A stretch of 64,000 nt of DNA from IMG/VR virus record IMGVR_UViG_3300028588_000015, positions 64,001-128,000 of that record. One strand, given 5' to 3'. Positions within the stretch are counted from its first letter, which is position 1, and every line of letters starts with the position of its first letter. The notes under the pieces are model-generated. The model was not told where the DNA came from, ran no database searches, and worked only from the letters and a program-made list of their open reading frames with translations. Below are positions 46,295-55,025 of the stretch, piece after piece. This stretch comes from a virus (Duplodnaviria > Caudoviricetes). Both the position numbers and the translations under genes were made by a program.

Positions 46295-46352
46295 AACAAT
46301 AGGGCGGGGTGACTCGCCCTATTGTGCGCAATCTTAAACAAAGGAGAAAGAA

Positions 46353-46871
46353 ATGGTAGAGCACCCTAAGTGGCCAGCTTCGTGTGCGCGGCTGTATCAA
46401 AGCGTGCGCGAGGGCATGATTGAAGTCAGTTGTCGGCATAAAGAAAAAAGTGGCCTGACCTACCCGTCCTTTGACTTTGTCAACATCGGCAAAGATCGTG
46501 TTGTGTTCTCGATGACGTGCATGATCAAGTTCGTAAGGGATGCAACCGTCGAACAACAGAAGATGATGTTGCGCGGTCTTAACCACTACAACGAAAGGAT
46601 GGTGCCGCGCAAGGTCATGGTAAGTTTACCTGACCCGGGCATCTTACCGATACTGGGCCCGGCCAAGAATGTGGTCTGTATCACGTTTGAAAAAACAAAC
46701 GAATTGCCGGACCGTTTCGGTGTTCGCCCCACGCTGTCCTTCTTTTATGCCGATGACGGCGTTGAGAACAGCACACTGTGTTGGCCTTCATCCCAAGGTG
46801 GACCGCACATCACGGAATTTTTGACTCAGGGTACAATTAAGGGCAAAGACTTCTTACAACAACTGAAGTAA
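46353..46871 (+). CDS. hypothetical protein
   Basis: AAGGAG RBS. Confidence 0.65.
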   Translation: MVEHPKWPASCARLYQSVREGMIEVSCRHKEKSGLTYPSFDFVNIGKDRVVFSMTCMIKFVRDATVEQQKMMLRGLNHYNERMVPRKVMVSLPDPGILPILGPAKNVVCITFEKTNELPDRFGVRPTLSFFYADDGVENSTLCWPSSQGGPHITEFLTQGTIKGKDFLQQLK

Positions 46872-46901
46872 TCTAAACAACAAAGAAAGAAGGGAAAAGA
46901 A

Positions 46902-47462
46902 ATGAGTAGTTACTACGAATTGAGAGCCGACATACGGCTCAAGCCAGTCGAAGAAATCGGACTGGACATCCATGTGCTTTTGTTGCTATTGTTCAAAAGC
47001 CACGAAGCGCCGGAAGCTACGAATGTCAATGAGAAAGCATGCGAGTGGTTTCCCGACCATCCTTTCTGGAAACAGGAACGGTACATGAATATCGGGTACG
47101 CCGGAATCAGTAGTTTGTGGAACAACAACGATCGTCCGGATTACCAACACCCCCTACTGAAAGTAAGGTGTGAAATCAACTATGGGCGCCAAGAGATCCT
47201 GATGTTTCTCGACTGGTTGACGCCTTACGTTGATTCCATGGTGGAGCCCGGCGGTTACCACGATGAACACATGTACGACCGCTGCATCGAACGCACCGTC
47301 GTGACCTTTGAACCCGATCCCAGTGGCACGAAACGGTTCCTGTTCACAAAGCACAAGGTCGTTGATGGCGGTTGGGCGGGTCGAGAAACCAAGGAAGAGA
47401 AAGAGTGGATCGAAGACTATCGGTCGCCCAAACAAACACCTGACTACCGCCAGAAACGCTAG
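46902..47462 (+). CDS. hypothetical phage protein
   Basis: Purine-rich RBS. Confidence 0.65.
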   Translation: MSSYYELRADIRLKPVEEIGLDIHVLLLLLFKSHEAPEATNVNEKACEWFPDHPFWKQERYMNIGYAGISSLWNNNDRPDYQHPLLKVRCEINYGRQEILMFLDWLTPYVDSMVEPGGYHDEHMYDRCIERTVVTFEPDPSGTKRFLFTKHKVVDGGWAGRETKEEKEWIEDYRSPKQTPDYRQKR

Positions 47463-47507
47463 TCTTGAAAAAATACGATAGATGGTAATCAAATAAGGAG
47501 GAAGTTC

Positions 47508-47933
47508 ATGAGCACCCAAGATCAGAATCAAGAAGTCCAGTTTGACACGGAGAAAGTTAATGCGCTGCCGGTATGGAAAGCGGAAGACCAGCTCACATCC
47601 ATGGGCCTCGTCGCAGCATTCGCCAAAGAGTTCACGGCATCCGACGTTAGTGACGCCGAGCGACTCGCTGCGTTGGAAAGCATCGCCAAGACGGAACAAG
47701 CATTCGTCGATCAAGATACGCTCGTTGGGAAACTCGAGCTGGAGGTGTATTGTCAAGATCGCGCCGACCAGATGATCGCGCGTGAAGATGCACTTGCGCA
47801 GCTGGTGAGTGCTAAGAAAAGCCGGGCGTGGTTGAACATGCAAGGCCACGTACTCCAAGTGGTTATCGCGCTGGCCGATCTCGGTTACGGCGTGATCGAG
47901 TTGCCCAAGAAGGAATCCGGTAGCGATTCCTGA
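47508..47933 (+). CDS. hypothetical helical protein
   Basis: AAGGAGG RBS. Confidence 0.7.
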   Translation: MSTQDQNQEVQFDTEKVNALPVWKAEDQLTSMGLVAAFAKEFTASDVSDAERLAALESIAKTEQAFVDQDTLVGKLELEVYCQDRADQMIAREDALAQLVSAKKSRAWLNMQGHVLQVVIALADLGYGVIELPKKESGSDS

Positions 47934-47939
47934 TCAAAG

Positions 47940-47959
47940 AAGTTACGGTCACATATCAC
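47940..47959 (+). promoter_or_regulatory. early phage promoter motif
   Basis: AAGTTACGGTCACATATCAC. Confidence 0.7.
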
Positions 47960-47963
47960 CTGT

Positions 47964-48121
47964 TTGAGATGTAGCGCTCTTATTGCGATACAGTGCCCTT
48001 TGTGCACACACCCTATTTGGCGCACTGTCCCCGTGACGTGCGTTAAATCCCGAAGGCCCTTTGTCTTCGGTGTTAACCCAGGCTTACTCCGCACCGAGTC
48101 GGACGCAGTCATTACTCTCAA
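47964..48121 (+). ncRNA. structured 5' leader RNA (riboswitch-like multibranch fold)
   Basis: Stems 47964-74/48112-21, 47990-96/48022-28, 48034-43/48103-11 and 48050-55/48065-70; ends 2 nt before the RBS. Confidence 0.5.
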
Positions 48122-48133
48122 TGAGGAACTACC

Positions 48134-49015
48134 ATGCAAGCTATCAAAACCATCGATCTCCCGTTCATGTCGATCACGCTCACGTTGGCACCGGCCAAAG
48201 TGCAGCATCTCGACGAACTACCGGATTACGTCCTCCCCTTCAAGGCGACCCGTGTGAATTCCGCCACCGAAGGAAGAACCGAAGATGAATTCGGTATCGC
48301 GTTGGACTTCAACGACATCGACAAAGAGGTGTTCAAGGACGACCTCATTAAGTCAAATGGATTACAAGAAGAAGCGCTGTCATACAGCAGCAGCGCTTTT
48401 CTCCTGACCCAAGAAGCACTCAAGTACACGCTCAACAGTGCAGAAGTCGATAAGGCAATTCGCAACGCAGTGCGACTCGATAAAGGTCGTGTACCTGTTC
48501 TGAAATTCACTTCGCTTCAGAGCACGGTTCGGCGCCGTGGTACCGGCCGCGCAGTCCATGCACAAACGCTCATGCAGCAGATGTGGGAAGTGGCACGCGA
48601 TAAAGCCATACGTACGGACTTCACCCATATTAACTTCAAGGACAACGACAACGGTGTGCTTGAACCCACCATCACGATGAGCCTCACCGGCGGCGTTGTG
48701 CTTGTTAGCCGCAGTGTAGCAAACGTCGCCCCGCTGGATAGCGCTAATCGCATCACTGGGTTAATGTCGGTGGGCGGTAGAGAACAAAACTTCTACATCA
48801 CTCGCCCGCGCAATCCCTCGGTCTTCTTGAACTACCTCGAAGGCTATGGCGCACTGCAAGATGCCTACCAATTCGCCAAGGATGAAATCGAGGGGACAGT
48901 GATTGGTAAAGTACTACATCTTCCTGACCAGCTGATGTTTATCGGTACGCCCGACGTTAAGTTGGAGCCGGTCGCGGAAAACAAAGAAGGAAGCGACGAA
49001 GAATCTGCTGAGTAA
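48134..49015 (+). CDS. hypothetical early protein (293 aa)
   Basis: GAGGA RBS; followed by terminator ~49027-49055. Confidence 0.75.
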   Translation: MQAIKTIDLPFMSITLTLAPAKVQHLDELPDYVLPFKATRVNSATEGRTEDEFGIALDFNDIDKEVFKDDLIKSNGLQEEALSYSSSAFLLTQEALKYTLNSAEVDKAIRNAVRLDKGRVPVLKFTSLQSTVRRRGTGRAVHAQTLMQQMWEVARDKAIRTDFTHINFKDNDNGVLEPTITMSLTGGVVLVSRSVANVAPLDSANRITGLMSVGGREQNFYITRPRNPSVFLNYLEGYGALQDAYQFAKDEIEGTVIGKVLHLPDQLMFIGTPDVKLEPVAENKEGSDEESAE

Positions 49016-49093
49016 TCTGTAGTAATAAGAGCCGGGTTCGCTCGGCTCTTTATGCCCATTTGCATTTATCAATTAAAAAGAAAGCGTTAAACC

Positions 49094-49864
49094 ATGAAAC
49101 TTACGTTGAAAACTTTGCCGCGTTTTGAGGAGGATAAATTCGATCGTAACGTCCGTATTTTCCGTTACGTACTCGAAGGCGCTACGCTTCGCGCTGCATC
49201 CAACGCCGCCGGCGCCGGTACTGCGGTCGGCGCGGCAGTGATCAAAAAGATGACGGAAGTCATCTCGCTCTATGGCAAACACATGCAGTATGCTCATCCG
49301 TATTCGATCGAGAAGTATCCCTACATGTGGCACCACACCCGTTTCGATAAGACCGATTCGCCGCAAATTTGTTTCGGCGACATTACCACGGCAGACTTGC
49401 GCGCTGAAAAAGCCTACTGGTTCGATATGCTGGAACGTTTCGTCAAATTCCAGAAGATGCCGCCCAATACGTCAGTTCTGAACGAGGGATCGTCAGCCGC
49501 GCTTCTGAATCTGTCGTTCTTTTCGTACCGGGCAATCGAAAAGATCTTCACCCGACGCAATAAGGACATGACGATCGTTCCGGAAAGCTTACATGTGACC
49601 GTGGGCCAAGTTGTCGATGTTATCCAGAAAGCTCCGCACTGGACACCGAAGACGGAAATTCAAACGGGCTTGAGTAAAGTGGTGCACGAAGACATCAAGC
49701 AAGAACTTAAGAAACGTGGCTTTGACATCGACGCCAAGCCCGGCACCTACAGCATGCGTGAACTGATGGCCAAAGCACTCGACTTGATCGAACACGCCCA
49801 CATGTACAACAACCATCAGCGCCGTACCATTATCCACCTGCTGCGCGAAGCCACCAAAGAGTAA
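49094..49864 (+). CDS. putative transcription regulator (N-terminal HTH, degenerate alpha-CTD-like C-terminus)
   Basis: RNVRIF..VL.G.TL..A...G HTH-like segment; LNLS..SY.AI...TVGQV...GLSK....IKQEL..RGF. Confidence 0.45.
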   Translation: MKLTLKTLPRFEEDKFDRNVRIFRYVLEGATLRAASNAAGAGTAVGAAVIKKMTEVISLYGKHMQYAHPYSIEKYPYMWHHTRFDKTDSPQICFGDITTADLRAEKAYWFDMLERFVKFQKMPPNTSVLNEGSSAALLNLSFFSYRAIEKIFTRRNKDMTIVPESLHVTVGQVVDVIQKAPHWTPKTEIQTGLSKVVHEDIKQELKKRGFDIDAKPGTYSMRELMAKALDLIEHAHMYNNHQRRTIIHLLREATKE

Positions 49865-49961
49865 CTATCACCACAAGTCGATGCTTGTGCTTGTATTAAC
49901 TTCCCCCTCGCTCGGTGACATCGATAGCCGAGTCTTTTTTCTTATCATTACAAACTCTCCT

Positions 49962-50636
49962 ATGAACTTTCATCCTATCGTAACACCGTACGGCCGCCTC
50001 ACTATCGTCCCGCCCGATATGCCAGTCTATAACCCGCATGACATCCCAAATGCGATCATTCGCCTGACCAGGCATGACGGTGCAGATGAATCAACCGATC
50101 TCATGTTACCGTACAAGATCACCGGCATGAACCGCACCAACGTCAATAGTCAACGCGTGGTGCATGCCCTGACTGGACTTGTTAATGCGCAGATCGAAAG
50201 CCGGGAATTTGTAGCAGTCTATGGTCAATGCAGCCTTGGCAGTAAAAATAGGCAGTTGGCACGTGTGGGCGCAGCACTACAGCAGTCGCTGCCGGGTCGT
50301 ACAGGTATCCATTACCGCATCATGGACCCCGCCGCAAAAGACCGCGAGGTACGTAATTACCTCGTCTGCGCGGTGGTCAACGGGGTGGAGTTCCGTACTT
50401 GGCCTGACGAAGAAGAATACAAGAGCAAGACCAACAATGCCGTCCGCACCGAGATTCACGGCACCTGCCAAATCTTCGGCCGAAAAACGCGCTGCACACT
50501 CAAGCACGATTTCTTTTCGCTTGACTTGTTCTCGCCTGAAAAATGGGAAGAAGTCACGATGAAGCGTGTGAACGAATACTTTCCCTTCCTGTATGGTACC
50601 GGCCTGTTCAGTGACCTGATGTTCTCGGTCGGCTAA
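49962..50636 (+). CDS. hypothetical protein
   Basis: Start reassigned to the ATG at 49962; the track start lies in an intergenic hairpin region. Confidence 0.65.
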   Translation: MNFHPIVTPYGRLTIVPPDMPVYNPHDIPNAIIRLTRHDGADESTDLMLPYKITGMNRTNVNSQRVVHALTGLVNAQIESREFVAVYGQCSLGSKNRQLARVGAALQQSLPGRTGIHYRIMDPAAKDREVRNYLVCAVVNGVEFRTWPDEEEYKSKTNNAVRTEIHGTCQIFGRKTRCTLKHDFFSLDLFSPEKWEEVTMKRVNEYFPFLYGTGLFSDLMFSVG

Positions 50637-50658
50637 GCTTTTCGGTTATCTGCTCCGC

Positions 50659-50706
50659 GAGTGGTTCACTCGCTTTGATGCCCTGTAGTTCGGGGCATCT
50701 TTTTTC
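50659..50706 (+). terminator. tandem hairpins with T-tract
   Basis: GCGAGTG/CACTCGC and GATGCCC/GGGCATC-TTTTT. Confidence 0.75.
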
Positions 50707-50735
50707 TTTGGTTATTTGAAACAGGATTCAAGTCC

Positions 50736-50753
50736 TTTACAGTCACATATAAC
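50736..50753 (+). promoter_or_regulatory. early phage promoter motif
   Basis: TTTACAGTCACATATAAC. Confidence 0.65.
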
Positions 50754-50805
50754 CTGCCTGTACTGAGTCCAGTATTTCTATTAACCGTAAAGAAAGGAAG
50801 TAATC

Positions 50806-51087
50806 ATGAGCCAAGCCGCCGACCGTAACCTGACCTCCCATGACCTACTGCACGTTGGTATGTCGATGTTCGTATTCGGAAGCACCGACCAAAAACGCCT
50901 GCCGCCGTACATCCAAAATCAAGTGCGTGACGCCCGCGTCAACGAACTGAAAGCCAAGCAAGAACGTCTGCAAAATGCCGAGTGGACCATACCACGTTCG
51001 CTCTCTAAGGAAGAAGCCGAGGAACTCAAGACCCTGGAAGCCGAACAAGCTGCCAACCCCACCCGTACCCTTGCCGTCAAGCCGTAA
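50806..51087 (+). CDS. small early hypothetical protein
   Basis: AAGGA RBS; high GC3. Confidence 0.7.
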   Translation: MSQAADRNLTSHDLLHVGMSMFVFGSTDQKRLPPYIQNQVRDARVNELKAKQERLQNAEWTIPRSLSKEEAEELKTLEAEQAANPTRTLAVKP

Positions 51088-51194
51088 CGCTGTGAACCTC
51101 AGGAGTGACCCAATCGGGTCCTCCTGCTCGGGTAGTCATTTACTCAGTGATTGCCTTAGTTTTTTCTTGTTTGTTGACACAAAGGAAGTACATC

Positions 51195-51566
51195 ATGAAA
51201 GACAATATCCTTGCACAGATGAAAATCTGCTTGGCCGCTTTATTAACGGTCTGCACTGTCGTCATGTTTTTCAGTGGTCCACCGGGCGTCTTAGCGCTGT
51301 GTTATATATTCATGCCGTGGGTCAAGAGCACCTACAATTACGAACTCGCTTACGACCCGCAGTATTTTGCGGTCACCGACACATTCCAAAACGTATTGAC
51401 GGCCTCACTCGCCGTTGGCGTAGCGCTATTATTGGCGCGCATTGGATCGACCCATCCACGTTTCCGCTGGTGGGCGCATTTTGCTGTTTTAATGACGGCA
51501 GTAGTGACCATGGTCTTGATGCTGTGGAGTATTGGTCAAGGCGCAATTAAAACAGGTAGTTTTTAA
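51195..51566 (+). CDS. three-TM membrane protein
   Basis: AAGGA RBS, ATG at 51195; three hydrophobic segments; directly upstream of the second BCS1-like gene. Confidence 0.65.
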   Translation: MKDNILAQMKICLAALLTVCTVVMFFSGPPGVLALCYIFMPWVKSTYNYELAYDPQYFAVTDTFQNVLTASLAVGVALLLARIGSTHPRFRWWAHFAVLMTAVVTMVLMLWSIGQGAIKTGSF

Positions 51567-51584
51567 AGAAAAGGGAAAATCATC

Positions 51585-52865
51585 ATGCAGTCAACTTCGT
51601 TAATGAATGTCATCAGTCATTCGTCCAGTATCTGGACCATGCTTAGCAGTTTGTTACTGCTCTCCGGTGCTGGTTTACTCACCTACGCATTGCGGCGCAT
51701 TCCTAGTAAGATCGGCCGTTTTCTTTTGGCCCGCTTTACGGTCAGCCTGACGATGCATACGGCTGATCCGACTAGTACCATGATTTCGCAATCCTTTTTC
51801 ACTTGGTACATGAACAGCGCGGCGTCTAGACACATGCGGCGGTTCAGCTACGACACTGGTTGGAAAGATCGCGAACGGAATATGTCTGGCTCTGGACCTC
51901 GGCCTAACTCGGGCGTGTTCGCACCAGGTGTCGGGATTCATTTTTTCATGTTCAAGGGTACGCTGGCGTGGTTTACGCGCGAACGCAGCGCTAATTCGCT
52001 TAGCCCGAATACCCATGAAGTGGAAATCTATTTTGCAGGCACGCGCCGGCGGATTATCGAAGACTTCCTAGAAGAAATCAAACCAAAAGTCGACCGGCGC
52101 GATGTGCCGATCTACACACTTGGTCGCAAATACGGGGAAGCGAAGTGGGCCATGAGCCGCGTCAAGCGTAAACGCCAACTGGATTCGGTGGTCATTCGTC
52201 ACGACATCAAAGACATGGTTGTCAACACGATTGACGACTTTTACAAGCGCGAGCATTGGTATCTCGAACGCGGTATCACGTACAAACTGTCCTTTATCCT
52301 TCATGGGCAACCAGGTACCGGCAAAAGCAGTTTCATCTTCGCGCTGGCGTCGCACTTCAATCGTCCGGTGTATATGGTGAACATGAACGCACTGAACGAT
52401 ACCACCTTTCAATCTGTGCTCGATGAGGTAGGTGAAAACGCTTTCATCGTGATCGAGGATGTGGACGTCGGCACAGCCACCGCTGAGCGGGAAGAGGAAC
52501 CAGTCACCTTGGAAAAAGTAGTCAAGAACGGGGAAGAAAAGAAACAAGCCATTTCGATGAGCACGATTTTGAATACGCTTGACGGCATTGCCTCACTCAC
52601 GGGCAATGTGATTTTCCTGTCCACCAACCACTTGCAGAATCTCGACCGTGCATTGACCCGCCGTGGCCGGATTGACCACATCATCGAAATACCACCAATG
52701 CGCCACGAAGAAATTCAAGAATATGCGAGTTTGATGTACGAAAAAGAAGTCTTCCCGGTAGGCATCCACTTCAAGGACATGCCAGGCAGTGACGTCCAAG
52801 GGATTTTCTTGGACCACAAGGAAGACTTCGATGGCTTCGTGGCCGATATGTTGAAACACCAATAA
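51585..52865 (+). CDS. second BCS1-like membrane-anchored AAA+ ATPase
   Basis: N-terminal TM segment, FAPGVGIHFFMFKG, Walker A GQPGTGKSS, Walker B IVIEDVD, ILNTLDGI, STNH...LDRAL.RRGRID. Confidence 0.85.
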   Translation: MQSTSLMNVISHSSSIWTMLSSLLLLSGAGLLTYALRRIPSKIGRFLLARFTVSLTMHTADPTSTMISQSFFTWYMNSAASRHMRRFSYDTGWKDRERNMSGSGPRPNSGVFAPGVGIHFFMFKGTLAWFTRERSANSLSPNTHEVEIYFAGTRRRIIEDFLEEIKPKVDRRDVPIYTLGRKYGEAKWAMSRVKRKRQLDSVVIRHDIKDMVVNTIDDFYKREHWYLERGITYKLSFILHGQPGTGKSSFIFALASHFNRPVYMVNMNALNDTTFQSVLDEVGENAFIVIEDVDVGTATAEREEEPVTLEKVVKNGEEKKQAISMSTILNTLDGIASLTGNVIFLSTNHLQNLDRALTRRGRIDHIIEIPPMRHEEIQEYASLMYEKEVFPVGIHFKDMPGSDVQGIFLDHKEDFDGFVADMLKHQ

Positions 52866-52887
52866 ACTTTAAGAAAGAGGAAAGAAC

Positions 52888-53469
52888 ATGAGCAATATCG
52901 ATAAACTGATTCACGAGTCGGCGCTCAAAAAGATCAAAGCTGGCATCGCCAAGCGTGGCTTTGAATGCGTGACATTCATCTCGGATGAAAACGGTGAACA
53001 ACACCCGTACCACTATAGCGTGGGCTTGGCTGCCATGGGATTTGCCGAAATCTTCATCTCTGGCCGGCTGCCGCAAGAAACGGCCTACGCCTTCATCGAA
53101 AAGATGGTGGACACCTGGAAAGCCGAGAAAGGCGTGATGCTCGGTAAATTCGGCCCGTTCAAACGGCTGGTCGAAAAGGTGGCCCACAAAATGGTCAGCC
53201 GCAAGGCCACCGTAGTCGGTCACTTCCCGGCTGTTGCACGGCAGCGTAACGGTGCGGCTATCCCGATGACGGTACGCTGGGTATCGGTGGATGAACGTCG
53301 CCAAGCCGCCCCAAGTTTCATGTCGTTCGTCTACGAAGTGTTCCCGGACCAAAAGAACATCCCGGTGGTCCAGTTGCTGTGGCCGGATGACCATGGCCAA
53401 CTGCCAGACTCGCCGCATTACACAGGTGACGAAGAGTACAAGCAAGAGTTGCTGCCGGTTCGAACATAA
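52888..53469 (+). CDS. DUF4262-like protein
   Basis: Y.YSVGL...GFAEIFISG and VVQLLWPD..GQLP motifs. Confidence 0.7.
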   Translation: MSNIDKLIHESALKKIKAGIAKRGFECVTFISDENGEQHPYHYSVGLAAMGFAEIFISGRLPQETAYAFIEKMVDTWKAEKGVMLGKFGPFKRLVEKVAHKMVSRKATVVGHFPAVARQRNGAAIPMTVRWVSVDERRQAAPSFMSFVYEVFPDQKNIPVVQLLWPDDHGQLPDSPHYTGDEEYKQELLPVRT

Positions 53470-53478
53470 AGGAAAAAC

Positions 53479-53874
53479 ATGGCTTCCTACTATGAAGAAT
53501 TGGTAGACGAAGTCGGTCGGGGTGTGGCGACTATCATCGGCACCCCTGATACGGTGATTCGCTATCAATTGCAACCAGCGCGTGTTTTATTGTTTTTGAT
53601 CACTAGCGAGGACATGCGTGTCCGTATGGGTGCTGGCCATTTGAAGATGCGCGATCTGGGTTACTATGTGGTACTTCGCCCTACCTCAACTGCCGGCTAT
53701 GATCCTTTGGTATATCCATTCGAAGTGGAATACACGACCGGCCAGGAGATCAAGGGTGACCCGATGATTGTCGGGACATACTCCGAAGAAATCCTCGACA
53801 GAGTCATCGGTTATGTGGCGCGATACCTGACCACGGGTCAACACCCAAACTTGGAAAAAACCATGATTAATTAA
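53479..53874 (+). CDS. hypothetical protein
   Basis: AAGGA RBS. Confidence 0.65.
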   Translation: MASYYEELVDEVGRGVATIIGTPDTVIRYQLQPARVLLFLITSEDMRVRMGAGHLKMRDLGYYVVLRPTSTAGYDPLVYPFEVEYTTGQEIKGDPMIVGTYSEEILDRVIGYVARYLTTGQHPNLEKTMIN

Positions 53875-53886
53875 GGAATAAAGAAC

Positions 53887-54393
53887 ATGAATAAAGAAGA
53901 AAGCAATAAGAAAGAAGATAAAGACATGGCGGACAAACTGCAAGACATGCTTTTTGGCTGGGGCTTATATCTCCAGTATAAAGAGTGTATCGACCATCTT
54001 CTCCAGCTGTACGAAGTGTGGTGCGAAGAGAAAGTGTCCATCAGATTGTTCAGGGAGTACCTCGCGGCCGATCCTGACTTAGTGCGGGCAAGCTTTAAAC
54101 TCATGCATGTAGCGCATGAGTACGACTCAACAATCGCCCAGGCTACAATCAAAGCCGCGATCGACAACATGATTCACAGCGCGATCGGTTCTCGGTGTCG
54201 TGAATTGGACAAGCTGGGAAACTTTCCAATCTACACACTTTCTGTGGACAAAAAAACGTTCAGACTGGAAGTGGTAGGGTACCACTGGACGATGGTCGAT
54301 ACGCAGGGGCGTTTTCTCTTGGTAAAAACAGGGAACTACTTCCTGTCGAAAGAACATGCCCAAGCAGCAATTGCCCGCGCACTTGAGGAATAA
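53887..54393 (+). CDS. hypothetical protein
   Basis: AAGGA RBS (ATG at 53926 is an alternative start). Confidence 0.6.
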   Translation: MNKEESNKKEDKDMADKLQDMLFGWGLYLQYKECIDHLLQLYEVWCEEKVSIRLFREYLAADPDLVRASFKLMHVAHEYDSTIAQATIKAAIDNMIHSAIGSRCRELDKLGNFPIYTLSVDKKTFRLEVVGYHWTMVDTQGRFLLVKTGNYFLSKEHAQAAIARALEE

Positions 54394-54489
54394 CGTGTGA
54401 AGAAATACGGGTGCTCTGTAGATATTGAATGCTAGGCAGTAATTAAAATAGCGCAGAGCACCTCTTTCTTTCTCATCTCTAGGAGCATT

Positions 54490-54909
54490 ATGTCCGAAGC
54501 CATCACTCCGACCGATCTCGCAAAACGCATCAGTTTCATCGATGCCGCGCGGTCGCTGCAATCCTACATCGGGAACAACAACCCGACCCAATTGCCGCTG
54601 CTGATCGTTTACAGCCAAGACCAGAAGCGCATGTACATCGGTATCGTGAAACCCGGCTTCACGCCCGGCCCGATTCGGGACAATAAGTTCGCGGTTCGCG
54701 GTCATGTCTTCATCGTGTTCGATGCCAGCGAACTCTACCCCGATACCCCGATGGGCGTCATCTTCGATGATGAAAACCTCACCGAAGACCCGTCCAACGA
54801 GGTGCGCTATTACACGACACTTGACACAGTGGTCATGGGCAACACAGCAATGGCATATCTGGGCCTGATCGACGACAGTTCGCTGGCACCGGCAGGCCCC
54901 AGCGCGTAA
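54490..54909 (+). CDS. hypothetical protein
   Basis: AGGAG RBS; high GC3; followed by hairpin ACGGCTAGGG/CCCTAGCCGT. Confidence 0.7.
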   Translation: MSEAITPTDLAKRISFIDAARSLQSYIGNNNPTQLPLLIVYSQDQKRMYIGIVKPGFTPGPIRDNKFAVRGHVFIVFDASELYPDTPMGVIFDDENLTEDPSNEVRYYTTLDTVVMGNTAMAYLGLIDDSSLAPAGPSA

Positions 54910-55025
54910 ATACCACATACAACACGGCTAGGGTTACCCCTAGCCGTTATGCCGGATTCGTAAAAGATACTAGGTTAATTTAACTATGGGACGAGACACC
55001 GTCCGCAAAAAAAGAGGATAGAACA

